From positions 11,927 to 75,926 of the IMG/VR virus record IMGVR_UViG_3300028833_000142: DNA of 64,000 nt; one strand, written 5' to 3'. A program made the translations under genes and the position numbers. Under the pieces are notes generated by a model. The model had not been told where the DNA came from and ran no database searches. It saw only the letters and a program-made list of their open reading frames with translations. Below are positions 28,285 through 38,085 of the stretch, piece after piece; within the stretch, counting starts at the first letter, position 1; the number at the start of each line of letters is the position of its first letter. The stretch comes from a virus (Duplodnaviria; Caudoviricetes).

Positions 28285-31200
28285 ATGCAGACATTAGAAA
28301 GAGAAAACGGTGTAAAAGAGGTAAATATGGAAGAAAATAATAAAAAAGAGTTTATAAAAAATTACTTAAATTCTCAATCTTATCAAAAAGATTTTGTCAA
28401 TTTTATGGTAAATATGTTAGATAAATACGGGGTTGAAATATTTAATCTAAATGGTATTGGTGAACAATTAGATATGAATAAAGCAATTAAGAAAGCTATG
28501 TCTAGTTCAACAATGGCAGATACTTCTGTAGACCCTAATTCTAATACCAATATTATTACAAGTGGTGCAGTATTTTCCGAAGTGGGGAAAGCACATTCTT
28601 TAATCCATAATCATTATAGAGTTTGGAAATTTATGAAAAAATCACATGATTTAGAATATGCGAATGATTTAATGGAAAGAAAGTTAACTGGTCAAATTTA
28701 TATACATGATTTTAGTTCATTTTTACCGTATTCTTACTATGGAAAAACAGTTATAACTGTTAAATATCGTGGTCAAATTCTCTATTTGAATATGGAAGAC
28801 TTGTTTAATATGTTTGAAAATAGTATTGAAGTTCTTCCTGATAGAGAAACAATTGATTTATCTAATGTTAATATTTATGTTTTAGATAAAGGAAATAAGT
28901 TTGTTAAATTAACAAGAGTTTTACGCCATAAATCACATTGTGGGCTGTTAAAATTTGAAACAAAGAATGGAAGAACAACAATAGTAACAGAAGACCACCC
29001 AGTAATTTTAGAAAATGGAGAAGAAAAACAGGCTTCTGCAATCAATATAGGCGATAGATTGATGATTTCAGATTGTTTGTTTGATATATTCGATAGTGGT
29101 TGTCATGATATTAGTAGAACAAAATATCTTGTTGGTTTTACTTTGGGTGATGGTCATTTGATATTGGGTGGAACAAGAGGAAGTAATCAATTAAGCATAA
29201 AACAGAAAGGTTTAGAAAATCATAAAGTGTACCAATATATAAAGGAAGAAAGTCCAACAACGGCTAATAATTTACACGATGGTGGTAACGGTACACAACG
29301 AGTTAGTTTTGGTACAAAGTGCTGGGTATGTAAAAATGCACAAATAAATCATGGAGCACCGAATAAAGTATTCCCTAAAGATGTACTAAATTGGGATAAA
29401 AATGAAGTTTTAAGTTTTATAGCAGGACTTATTGATTCAGATGGTTGTGTTAATTCACAGAACGGTGTTGTAGATGTTCGTGTAACTGCCTTTTCAGCAG
29501 TTCAACAAATGGCTGAAATTTTGAGAAGTTTAGGTTTTGAACGTGTAAGAACTTCTTTAATGGATACACAAAAGAGAGAGTATCAATTCGGTTCCAATTA
29601 TGACATGTATAGGGTTTCTTTCGTTGTAAATGACAAAAACATTGATTTAGTTAATTTTTCTGATAAATTGCAAAAATACAAGGATGTTGTGCTGAAAGAG
29701 CGTGGGAAAGACGGTAGGTTTGAAACAAACGAGGTTTTGAAAATCCGTTCATTTGAACAAGACTATGTTTATGATATTACTACCGAGACAGGAACTTTCA
29801 GTTCACAAGGGTTAATACAACATAACTGTTTTAATTTTGACCCAGTACATTTTGCTTTATTAGGTATACCTAAAGAGCTAGATGGTAAAGGTGAAAGTTT
29901 ACCACCACAACATATGGAATCTTTCTTTGGTATTTTGGAAGATATATTACCAATTTTCGCTAAAAATTTAGCTGGGGCTTGCGGAATAGCCACATTATTT
30001 CCAGTTTTATCTATATATGTACAAAAAGCAATAAAAGAAGGATATAAAATAGATAAAATACAATTAAAAGATGAACAAGCTGTATGGGATTTTTTAAGAG
30101 TAAAATTGACATCTTTATTATATAATCTTAATAGACCATCCAGAGATGGTTCACAAAGTTTATTTACTAACGTAAGTATTATGTCACCGTCTTTCTTAGA
30201 AGAAGTTTGTGCTAATACTGTTGTGGTATTTAAAAATGATGTGGTTATTACAGCCGATGTAGATATTACTTTAAAAATACAAGATTTATGGGTTGATGTG
30301 TTTAACGAAGAAAGTAAGAGAAGACTATTTACCTTCCCAGTTCAAACATTGTCTATAGCAACAGTAGAAGACCCAGAAACAGGTAAACAAAAAATAGTAG
30401 ATGAAGATTTTTATAACAAAATGATGGCTAAAAACTCTAAGTTGGCATCACAAAATGTATATGCTGGTGATAGTTCAACGCTAAGCTCCTGCTGCCGTTT
30501 GCGTTCAGATAAATCTAAAATTTTTACAAATTCATTAGGTGGTTCTACTTCAAATATAGGTTCGTTTGGTGTATGTACAATAAATCTTGCTACTTTAGGT
30601 TTAAGATATAAAGACAACTTAGATAAATTTTACAAAGAACTTGAAAAAAATATTCGTTATGCACAAGAAGTTAATAGATGTAAGATGAATTTCATTAAAA
30701 AAGATATAAAACGTGGTGCATTGCCTATGTATACATTGGGTTTTGTATCTTTAGATAAACAATATGCTACACTCGGAATTAACGGTTTATATGAATGTTG
30801 TGTGGAATTAGGCAAGGATTATAGAGAATTAAAAAATCGTAGCTTTGTAGAAGAATTACTACAATTTATTAATAAAATAAATGACGATATAGGCGAAAAT
30901 ACTTTAAAACATATTGTTAATTGTGAACAAGTGCCCGCCGAAAATGTTGCTGTAAAACTTGCAAAAATTGATAATTTGCTTGGTTATAATACTAATTACG
31001 AAATTTATGCAAATCAATTTATTCCATTAGATATAACTACAGAAGGTGGTATATTGGACAGGGTATCAATACAAGGTGAGTTAGATAAATATTTTAGCGG
31101 TGGTAGTATTTTACACGCAAATTTAGACCAAGAATGTGATGAACAGTCATTTATAGACCTTGGCAAATATGCAATTGAAAACGGTGTCAGATATTTTGGT

Positions 31201-31398
31201 ATTAATTATGTTACTTGTAAATGTCATAATTGTGAAGGTACATTTGTTGGTAAATTCGATAAATGTCCTCATTGTGGCTCAGAAGATTTTGAGGCTTGGT
31301 GTCGTATTATAGGATATATGGTACCTATTTCTAATTATAATGCGGTTAGAAGAAAAAAATTTAACGATAGAATTTTTTATAAAAGTATCAATAATTAG
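28285..31398 (+). CDS. nrdD: Anaerobic (class III) ribonucleoside-triphosphate reductase with intein
   Basis: IYIHD, SCCRL, GSFGVCTINL, EQVPAE, GGSILH, C-terminal CxxC...CxxC and RIIGY glycyl-radical motif. Confidence 0.93.
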   Translation: MQTLERENGVKEVNMEENNKKEFIKNYLNSQSYQKDFVNFMVNMLDKYGVEIFNLNGIGEQLDMNKAIKKAMSSSTMADTSVDPNSNTNIITSGAVFSEVGKAHSLIHNHYRVWKFMKKSHDLEYANDLMERKLTGQIYIHDFSSFLPYSYYGKTVITVKYRGQILYLNMEDLFNMFENSIEVLPDRETIDLSNVNIYVLDKGNKFVKLTRVLRHKSHCGLLKFETKNGRTTIVTEDHPVILENGEEKQASAINIGDRLMISDCLFDIFDSGCHDISRTKYLVGFTLGDGHLILGGTRGSNQLSIKQKGLENHKVYQYIKEESPTTANNLHDGGNGTQRVSFGTKCWVCKNAQINHGAPNKVFPKDVLNWDKNEVLSFIAGLIDSDGCVNSQNGVVDVRVTAFSAVQQMAEILRSLGFERVRTSLMDTQKREYQFGSNYDMYRVSFVVNDKNIDLVNFSDKLQKYKDVVLKERGKDGRFETNEVLKIRSFEQDYVYDITTETGTFSSQGLIQHNCFNFDPVHFALLGIPKELDGKGESLPPQHMESFFGILEDILPIFAKNLAGACGIATLFPVLSIYVQKAIKEGYKIDKIQLKDEQAVWDFLRVKLTSLLYNLNRPSRDGSQSLFTNVSIMSPSFLEEVCANTVVVFKNDVVITADVDITLKIQDLWVDVFNEESKRRLFTFPVQTLSIATVEDPETGKQKIVDEDFYNKMMAKNSKLASQNVYAGDSSTLSSCCRLRSDKSKIFTNSLGGSTSNIGSFGVCTINLATLGLRYKDNLDKFYKELEKNIRYAQEVNRCKMNFIKKDIKRGALPMYTLGFVSLDKQYATLGINGLYECCVELGKDYRELKNRSFVEELLQFINKINDDIGENTLKHIVNCEQVPAENVAVKLAKIDNLLGYNTNYEIYANQFIPLDITTEGGILDRVSIQGELDKYFSGGSILHANLDQECDEQSFIDLGKYAIENGVRYFGINYVTCKCHNCEGTFVGKFDKCPHCGSEDFEAWCRIIGYMVPISNYNAVRRKKFNDRIFYKSINN
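28732..29826 (+). mobile_element. Intein with LAGLIDADG homing endonuclease (365 aa)
   Basis: Starts SYYGKTVITV after LPY; block B VTEDHPV; LVGFTLGDG and FIAGLIDSDG; ends YVYDITTETGTFSSQGLIQHN before CFNFD. Confidence 0.9.
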
Positions 31399-31499
31399 TA
31401 TAAAATATATATTCAGACCTTTGCATTTAGCAGAGGTCTATTTATATCTCTTGACATCAAAATATTTTTATACTAAAATAATAAGACATGGAGGTAAGA

Positions 31500-31988
31500 A
31501 TGCAAAAAAATTTACAAATAGCCCATATAGAATACTCTATAACAACTAAATCACTTGATATATTCACAATTGGTTGTGATGGTCATTGTACTGGTTGTTG
31601 CAACCCAGAAATAAAAAGTTGGGATTTAAAAGGATTAAGTGTATTTGAAGTATTAGACAAAGTTATGGAATTAAATTCTCGATACGATAATCTTATCGAA
31701 AGAGTAATAGTTGTGGGTGGAGACCCAGTTGACGCATACTCTAAATATCCTTTTGATATGAAAACATTATTAAAAGGTATTAAATCGGTTACAGGTAAAC
31801 CTCTGTATCTATTCACTCGTCACGGTTTACCACTTATCCCACAAGACTTAAAAGACCTTGTAGATTATATAAAAAGCGGCGAATATAAATCAGAGTTAAC
31901 TTGTGATGACAATATACAATACGGTATAAAATTAGCTACTAGCAATCAGGTAATATATAGAAAGGAAAATGACGAATGGATAAAATAA
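31500..31988 (+). CDS. nrdG: Anaerobic RNR activating radical SAM protein
   Basis: GCDGHCTGCCNPE (CX3CX2C), GGDP, DYIKSGEY, TSNQ. Confidence 0.88.
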   Translation: MQKNLQIAHIEYSITTKSLDIFTIGCDGHCTGCCNPEIKSWDLKGLSVFEVLDKVMELNSRYDNLIERVIVVGGDPVDAYSKYPFDMKTLLKGIKSVTGKPLYLFTRHGLPLIPQDLKDLVDYIKSGEYKSELTCDDNIQYGIKLATSNQVIYRKENDEWIK

Positions 31989-32254
31989 CTTATAGACCCC
32001 AAGGTGTATGTTCAAAGATTATACAAATTAGTTTAGATGGCGATAAAATAGACAAAGTAGTCTTTATAGGTGGATGTCAAGGCAACGCTGGTGGTATATC
32101 CGCATTAGTTAAAGGTTTAACTATACAAGAAGCAATTGAAAAACTTGAGGGTATACAGTGTGGTAATAAAGGTACAAGTTGCCCAGACCAATTTGCTAAA
32201 GCATTAAAAGAATTTTTAGAAAAACAAGGAGTAAAAAATGACCAAAATAACTAA
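31976..32254 (+). CDS. Stand-alone TSCPD-domain protein (TIGR03905-like)
   Basis: GVCS...FIGGCQGN...GIQCGNKGTSCPDQ. Confidence 0.88.
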   Translation: MDKITYRPQGVCSKIIQISLDGDKIDKVVFIGGCQGNAGGISALVKGLTIQEAIEKLEGIQCGNKGTSCPDQFAKALKEFLEKQGVKNDQNN

Positions 32255-32483
32255 ATATGCAAGTCATACTTGTGTAAAATGTAAAGTATTAGATAAAATG
32301 TTAAAACAATTAAATATCGAACCAGACGAAACAATATATACGGAAGATGTTGATATTAACGAATTAACTCAAAGAGGTATAATGTCGTTACCCACTTTAA
32401 TTATTGATAATGGAAAACAAACATATAAACTTTCTGGTGCAATAACAGCGAAAGATATAAAACAATGTCTTGACATAGAATAA
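32238..32483 (+). CDS. Thioredoxin/glutaredoxin-like protein
   Basis: CVKC and IMSLPTLII cis-Pro motif. Confidence 0.8.
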   Translation: MTKITKYASHTCVKCKVLDKMLKQLNIEPDETIYTEDVDINELTQRGIMSLPTLIIDNGKQTYKLSGAITAKDIKQCLDIE

Positions 32484-32504
32484 AATATATGGTATCATAT
32501 ATAT

Positions 32505-32711
32505 ATGAAAAGAGAACAACGTGTAGAAAACAAAATAAGCGAACTCAAAAACACAATAAGTGCGTATGTTTCAGAGATAGAAACTCTAAGAAAAGATGTT
32601 GAGTTTTACGAAGAAATATTAGATTTATTGCAACGTAAATCAGAAGAATTAAACCCGTGTGAGTTTAAACAATTTTTTGATGAAGAAATTATAATAGAGA
32701 AAGGTTTATGA
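32505..32711 (+). CDS. Hypothetical coiled-coil protein
   Basis: Overlaps the next start. Confidence 0.55.
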   Translation: MKREQRVENKISELKNTISAYVSEIETLRKDVEFYEEILDLLQRKSEELNPCEFKQFFDEEIIIEKGL

Positions 32712-33085
32712 TGGGTGTAGAAGTAGAATTAGTAGGACTGATAGGTTTAAAATTAGATTATATAAAATATCATGTATATAAAAATAAAAATGATGAAGAT
32801 TATATAGAGCATAAAGAAGAGGGTAAATTAGATAATATACACTGTATATTTGAAGATTATTTTCCAGAAAATTTTATATCTAAATCTGATGTTATGAGCG
32901 GTGAATATGTATATATAGGTAAAAAAATATTCGTCACTAAATATATAGACGTAGGTGTAGAGGTATCTTTAAACCCAGAAGAATTACAAAAGGAAATTGA
33001 TAGTGTTATACCAGATTTAAAGGCATTGGGTATAGAATTTGAAAACAAAGACGTTAAGGTACATTTCTTCACTCATTTTTGGTGA
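32708..33085 (+). CDS. Hypothetical protein
   Basis: GAAAGG RBS. Confidence 0.6.
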   Translation: MMGVEVELVGLIGLKLDYIKYHVYKNKNDEDYIEHKEEGKLDNIHCIFEDYFPENFISKSDVMSGEYVYIGKKIFVTKYIDVGVEVSLNPEELQKEIDSVIPDLKALGIEFENKDVKVHFFTHFW

Positions 33086-33198
33086 TGTAATTATATATGT
33101 CATATAGGGTTTCCTTGCAATAGAACGGTTTTACCGTTCTTTTCTTTTGCTTGACAAAAAGGTAAAAATATGGTATCATACAAGAAAAGGAGAAAAAT

Positions 33199-33516
33199 AT
33201 GGTAAAAATTGCAGAAGAATTAGAAAAATACAAAAATGGTGAAATTTCCGCAGAAGATTTGTGGGATAAACTACGTTGGAATACTCATGAGATTAAAGAA
33301 GTGGCAGTTGAAGAATATCGCTGGCAAATTCTATATAATTGGGTGGTACAAGACGAAGAAAATAGATACTGGTCTTTTGGTAGACTTATGGATAAAGGTG
33401 AAATGGGTGAACACGAAGATTTTGACCCATATTGTATACAAGAGGTTGAACCTTATGAGAAAACCGTTATTGATTATAAACCGATTTTAAAAGATGTAGA
33501 GGTAAAAAATGGATAA
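33199..33516 (+). CDS. Hypothetical protein
   Basis: Promoter and AAGGAG RBS. Confidence 0.65.
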   Translation: MVKIAEELEKYKNGEISAEDLWDKLRWNTHEIKEVAVEEYRWQILYNWVVQDEENRYWSFGRLMDKGEMGEHEDFDPYCIQEVEPYEKTVIDYKPILKDVEVKNG

Positions 33517-33748
33517 AAAACTAAATTTTGATTTAATTGATGGACTTAAAAAGGTAGATGATTTAGCAGAAGAAGAATTTGAAGAAAGACCTGCTTCATA
33601 TGGCTTTTGGTATAGTATAGGCGAGGGTAATGGTTCTATGTTTGTAGAATTTTTAAAAGACGAAGAAACAAAGAAAAAATGTTATGAAGCGATAGGTATA
33701 TTGAGTAAATTGGAAAGTTTAATAGACGATTATATAATTTGGATGTAG
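33509..33748 (+). CDS. Hypothetical protein
   Basis: GAGG RBS. Confidence 0.6.
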   Translation: MDKKLNFDLIDGLKKVDDLAEEEFEERPASYGFWYSIGEGNGSMFVEFLKDEETKKKCYEAIGILSKLESLIDDYIIWM

Positions 33749-33760
33749 AAAGGAATTAAA

Positions 33761-33919
33761 ATGCCAATAGATAATACAAGAAGTCATAGTGAAATTGTAC
33801 AAGAGTTAATGGATGCGTATGAAAAGACTGGAAGGATTGGGAACCTCACCCCAGAAGATAGGGAAGATGCCTTACGCATCAGTAATGCTATCGCCTTCAA
33901 AGCAAAAGAGGATAAATAA
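33761..33919 (+). CDS. Small hypothetical protein (52 aa)
   Basis: GAAAGG RBS. Not in the ORF track. Confidence 0.5.
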   Translation: MPIDNTRSHSEIVQELMDAYEKTGRIGNLTPEDREDALRISNAIAFKAKEDK

Positions 33920-33990
33920 CTTTAATATACTTGACATCGGTATACCTTTGTGGTATACTGGTGTTAGTTACAAAAGGAAAGGTATGTAAA

Positions 33991-35133
33991 ATGGAAGAAA
34001 CAAAAGAATTGCAAAAAGAAGTTAAAAAAACATTAGATTTTAAGGATTATGTTACACCTCAAGGGTACAAATATTCTATTTATGATGATAAAAACATCAA
34101 AATAGTAAAATCCGAGAAATATAACAGTATCTTTAATAAAAAAACTGGTATGTTTTTGAGATGGGGTGAAACACCACAGGTTGACCCGAAGTTTTCGCCA
34201 GTGGGATGTGAGATTTTAGACATAGAAGTCTCGACAATATGTCACGGAATTAATAATCAACCTTGCCCGTGGTGTTATAAAAGTAATTTTGCAGTCGGTG
34301 AAAACATGTCATTTGAAACCTATAAACAAATTATAGATAAAATGCCATTATCTTTAAATTCTGTAGCAATAGGAATTGGCAGTATAGACGCTAATCCAGA
34401 CCTCTGGAAAATAATGGAATATACCAGAGAAAAAGGTATAGTTCCCAATATCACTATAAACGGTGCAAGATTAACAGATGAAATCGTAGAAAAATTGGTT
34501 AAATATTGCGGTGCAGTTAGCGTATCTTGTTATTCACCTAAAGATGTTTGCTATGATGCCGTTAAAAGATTGACAGATGCTGGTTTAAAACAGGTTAACA
34601 TACATCAGTTAATTGCACATGAAACAGTGGATAAATGTTTAGAAGTTATAAACGATAAACTAACAGACTCAAGATTAGAAAAATTAAACGCTATAGTATT
34701 CTTAACATTAAAACCAAAAGGTAAAAGAAATACGTTGACGGTGCCAACAATGGATGATTATAGAAAAGTAATTAAATCAGCTATTGATAAAAAGGTTGGT
34801 ATAGGTTCTGATAGTTGTGGTAGTGGTGCACTTTATAGAGTTTATAAAGAACTAGGTTTAGAAAATATGGTTAAAGATGTCGTAGAAAGTTGTGAGTCTT
34901 TTGGTTTGTTTTCTTCTTATATAAACGTAAGAAATGAATATTTTCCCTGCTCTTTTACAGAAAATGAAGGTGAATGGGAACAGGGTATAAATGTATTAAA
35001 TTGTGAAGATTTTTTAAGTGATGTTTGGTTTAATGAAAAATTAGAAAAATATCGTAAAGCTTCAATTTGTTCGGCAGATTGTAATGGTTGCCGTAAATGT
35101 TTAACATTTAAAGATGTGAATGTAGAGGTGTAA
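33991..35133 (+). CDS. Radical SAM protein with SPASM/Twitch-like C-terminus
   Basis: CHGINNQPCPWCYK (CX7CX2C), NITING, YFPCSF and CSADCNGCRKC; own promoter upstream. Confidence 0.85.
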   Translation: MEETKELQKEVKKTLDFKDYVTPQGYKYSIYDDKNIKIVKSEKYNSIFNKKTGMFLRWGETPQVDPKFSPVGCEILDIEVSTICHGINNQPCPWCYKSNFAVGENMSFETYKQIIDKMPLSLNSVAIGIGSIDANPDLWKIMEYTREKGIVPNITINGARLTDEIVEKLVKYCGAVSVSCYSPKDVCYDAVKRLTDAGLKQVNIHQLIAHETVDKCLEVINDKLTDSRLEKLNAIVFLTLKPKGKRNTLTVPTMDDYRKVIKSAIDKKVGIGSDSCGSGALYRVYKELGLENMVKDVVESCESFGLFSSYINVRNEYFPCSFTENEGEWEQGINVLNCEDFLSDVWFNEKLEKYRKASICSADCNGCRKCLTFKDVNVEV

Positions 35134-35134
35134 T

Positions 35135-35530
35135 ATGAAAGTTAGAAATGGATTTGTAAGTAACAGTAGTTCAAGTTCTTTTATTGTACGCTTAGACAAG
35201 CCAATAGAAGACTATACGTATGAAGAATTTATGGATATTTGTGGTATAACAAAATCTTATGAAAATGAAAATTGTAAAGATGAATGGGGTGATACAATGC
35301 CGTTTACTTATGGGGATTGTGTTAATGCCTTATGGAATGATTTAAAGGATAAATATGCCAAAGTGTTAAGCGACTGGTTTAAAGAAGAATACTGTGTGGA
35401 TAATCTTGGACCTACGGAATATAAGGTTTCTTATGGTAGTGAAGATAGTGACTGGGAAAAGGGTAGATATATGGAGTGGGAATTTATGCCACACCTCAAA
35501 ATAACAAAAGATACAATTAACATGCATTAA
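35135..35530 (+). CDS. MKxRxGFVSNSSSSSF-family protein 1
   Basis: N-terminus MKVRNGFVSNSSSSSFIV. Confidence 0.85.
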   Translation: MKVRNGFVSNSSSSSFIVRLDKPIEDYTYEEFMDICGITKSYENENCKDEWGDTMPFTYGDCVNALWNDLKDKYAKVLSDWFKEEYCVDNLGPTEYKVSYGSEDSDWEKGRYMEWEFMPHLKITKDTINMH

Positions 35531-35545
35531 AGAAAGGATGTATAT

Positions 35546-35980
35546 ATGAAATTACGTACAGGTTTTGTAAGCAACAGTTCATCATCGTCATTTATTATTT
35601 GGTATAAAGACGATTTAACAAAAGAAAATTTAATAAAAGCTATGGGTGTAGACAAAAATAATCCGCTTTATTTCTTTGCGGACGATTTGAGTGACTATGT
35701 AATAGCAGAAAGTAAAAGCTCTTATAACAAACCAATAGAGACATTTGAAGAGTTTGCAAAGGATTATGGGTTTATTGATTGTGATGATGAAAACCCAGAT
35801 TTAACTGAAGCTATAGAAGAGCTTCCAGATGAATACAATAGGTTTAAAAAAGGGTTCAAAATGTTGAGTTTATGCCCTTCATATAACGAAGCTGATAGTG
35901 CTATTGAATATTATTTAGGTAATATGAATGATAAAGTTTTAGCCGATACAGACACTATTTATATGGAAGTAGGTGAATAA
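35546..35980 (+). CDS. MKxRxGFVSNSSSSSF-family protein 2
   Basis: N-terminus MKLRTGFVSNSSSSSFII. Confidence 0.85.
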   Translation: MKLRTGFVSNSSSSSFIIWYKDDLTKENLIKAMGVDKNNPLYFFADDLSDYVIAESKSSYNKPIETFEEFAKDYGFIDCDDENPDLTEAIEELPDEYNRFKKGFKMLSLCPSYNEADSAIEYYLGNMNDKVLADTDTIYMEVGE

Positions 35981-35983
35981 ATT

Positions 35984-36481
35984 ATGAAAATACGAAATGG
36001 TTTTGTAAGTAATAGTAGTAGCAGTAGCTTCGTAATATATAATCCACAAAAACAAGCACAAGTAATGGACATTATAAATAATGTCGGTTGTTATGATTTT
36101 TATGAACTAGACGGTGTTTTATATACATCTTTCATATCAGACTGCTCTGATGCATATAGTATAATTTCTAGGTTAGCCGATGAAAGTTATGATGGCTCTC
36201 ACGGTACACCTTATGATGAAGCTGATTATGTAGAATTTGAAGGTGATAGAGGAGTTGATAGTGTATATATATTAAAATCTAAATGTAAAGATGTGGTTGA
36301 AGCTGAAAATAGAATAAAAGATTTATTATATGAGTATGTTAAAAACTATATAAGTTGTAACAGTATATATTCAGAAGATTATATAATGAAAGTCAATGCA
36401 TTAAAAGAAGATTCACCATATTTTTTAAATAGATGTTGTGAAATTGTAGGATACTGTGAAAAAGAAGATTGGATGGAATAA
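35984..36481 (+). CDS. MKxRxGFVSNSSSSSF-family protein 3
   Basis: N-terminus MKIRNGFVSNSSSSSFVI. Confidence 0.85.
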   Translation: MKIRNGFVSNSSSSSFVIYNPQKQAQVMDIINNVGCYDFYELDGVLYTSFISDCSDAYSIISRLADESYDGSHGTPYDEADYVEFEGDRGVDSVYILKSKCKDVVEAENRIKDLLYEYVKNYISCNSIYSEDYIMKVNALKEDSPYFLNRCCEIVGYCEKEDWME

Positions 36482-36634
36482 TGAAACTAGAAGATTTTAT
36501 ATGCAAGGTCGATATTTTAAAATATGAAATAGAGGGTTGTAAAAATTTGATAGAATTTTATTCTAATAAAAAAGAAAATCTTGAAAAAGAATTGCATAAT
36601 TTATTGAAACAAAATTTAACAAGCGAGGTAAACA

Positions 36635-37249
36635 ATGAAAATTAGAAAAGGCTTTGTAAGCAATAGTTCAAGTAGTAGTTTTGTATGTGATGTATGTGGC
36701 TATACCGAAAGTGGTTGGGATATGAGTTTAGAAGAAGCAGAAATGTATGAGTGCGAAAACGGACATACATTTTGTGAAGGACATATTATAACACCAACAA
36801 AAGAACAACTAATTGAATACGCTAAAAGAATTTTAAATAATGAAAAAATTAGTGCGGTTAATTTTTCAGAATGGTTAGATAATAAAGATTATAATTCAAT
36901 TGAAGATGTAGATAGCTTAAGTGATATAGAAGATTTGTCCAGAGAATATGGTTGGGGTGAAGGTGGAAGATATGCTATACCCGAATGTTTTTGCCCCTTG
37001 TGCAATTTTGAAGAATTAAGTCAAGCAGATGCAAGAGAATATCTATATATAACAACAGGTATATTACCATCTACTGTATTTGAAGAAGTCAAAAAAATAA
37101 ATAAAAGACGTAAAAAATTAAGGGATAGTGAATATGTTTCTTATGTTTTACAAAAACTAAATAAAAACGAAACAGAATTGCTTCAAGAAATAGATGAGAG
37201 ATTTAATCACTCTTATAAAAAATTTAAGATATTTATACGTGGATTATAA
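36635..37249 (+). CDS. MKxRxGFVSNSSSSSF-family protein 4, probably zinc-binding
   Basis: N-terminus MKIRKGFVSNSSSSSFVCDVC; CENGHTFC and CPLC. Confidence 0.85.
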   Translation: MKIRKGFVSNSSSSSFVCDVCGYTESGWDMSLEEAEMYECENGHTFCEGHIITPTKEQLIEYAKRILNNEKISAVNFSEWLDNKDYNSIEDVDSLSDIEDLSREYGWGEGGRYAIPECFCPLCNFEELSQADAREYLYITTGILPSTVFEEVKKINKRRKKLRDSEYVSYVLQKLNKNETELLQEIDERFNHSYKKFKIFIRGL

Positions 37250-37312
37250 TCTATTGACAAATAAAAATATATGTGATAAAATTTTCATGTAGTTAAGAAA
37301 AGGAGAATAAAA

Positions 37313-37564
37313 ATGGCAACAGTTAAAGAAGCAGATACTATTACAATTGACAGAACAAGTGGTAAATTTAATATTACCGCATGTGCAGATGAAAATGCTA
37401 ATGTGAGTATTTCAAGTTTAGACCTTAGAAAAATTGAAACTTTTGCAGACTTGCATACTGTTATTAACTTGTTAACGGACACAGAAGAAGCTCTACAAGC
37501 GGTAACGGATATGTATGACGGTGGGATTTGTGGTGAATGTGTTGGTCCTTGTTATGCACAATAA
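37313..37564 (+). CDS. Hypothetical protein
   Basis: Promoter and AAGGAG RBS. Confidence 0.6.
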   Translation: MATVKEADTITIDRTSGKFNITACADENANVSISSLDLRKIETFADLHTVINLLTDTEEALQAVTDMYDGGICGECVGPCYAQ

Positions 37565-37606
37565 TATGAGGGGGTTATACCCCTCTTTAAGTTTTAAGGT
37601 GTAGTT

Positions 37607-37825
37607 ATGTTGTTTTTAAAAATTTTGTTTTATATCGTTGTATTTTATTTCTTTTTGTTTATATTAACTTGCATTACCACAAGTGGTTTAGGTAAAATAC
37701 ATGAATATTTAGAACTCAGAAAAAAGGAAGAAAATAAAATAGTATATAAATCAAAAGCTAAACCCAAAGAACATAATAATAATTTAAAATTTAATAAAAG
37801 TTTAGGTATATGGGAGGAAGAGTAG
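37607..37825 (+). CDS. Small membrane-anchored protein
   Basis: N-terminal hydrophobic helix. Confidence 0.55.
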   Translation: MLFLKILFYIVVFYFFLFILTCITTSGLGKIHEYLELRKKEENKIVYKSKAKPKEHNNNLKFNKSLGIWEEE

Positions 37826-38085
37826 TGGATTATAAAAAAATAAAAAAACAAGATTTGATTCAACTTTTAGAAATGTACAGTAATAAAATGACGATATTAG
37901 ATATTATGCTTAATGACATATCTGATGTAAATATTAGCGATATACAAAAGTGGTTAGACGGCATACAAGATTATTTAGCAATTTTTAAACATAAACAAAT
38001 AAACGAAAATAATAATTATGATGAAAATCATTATAAACAAGTAACAATACAAGAAGCCTTGGAGTTATTAGAAGATGACAGATAA
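37810..38085 (+). CDS. Hypothetical protein (start uncertain)
   Basis: Fills the gap in the operon. Confidence 0.5.
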   Translation: MGGRVVDYKKIKKQDLIQLLEMYSNKMTILDIMLNDISDVNISDIQKWLDGIQDYLAIFKHKQINENNNYDENHYKQVTIQEALELLEDDR

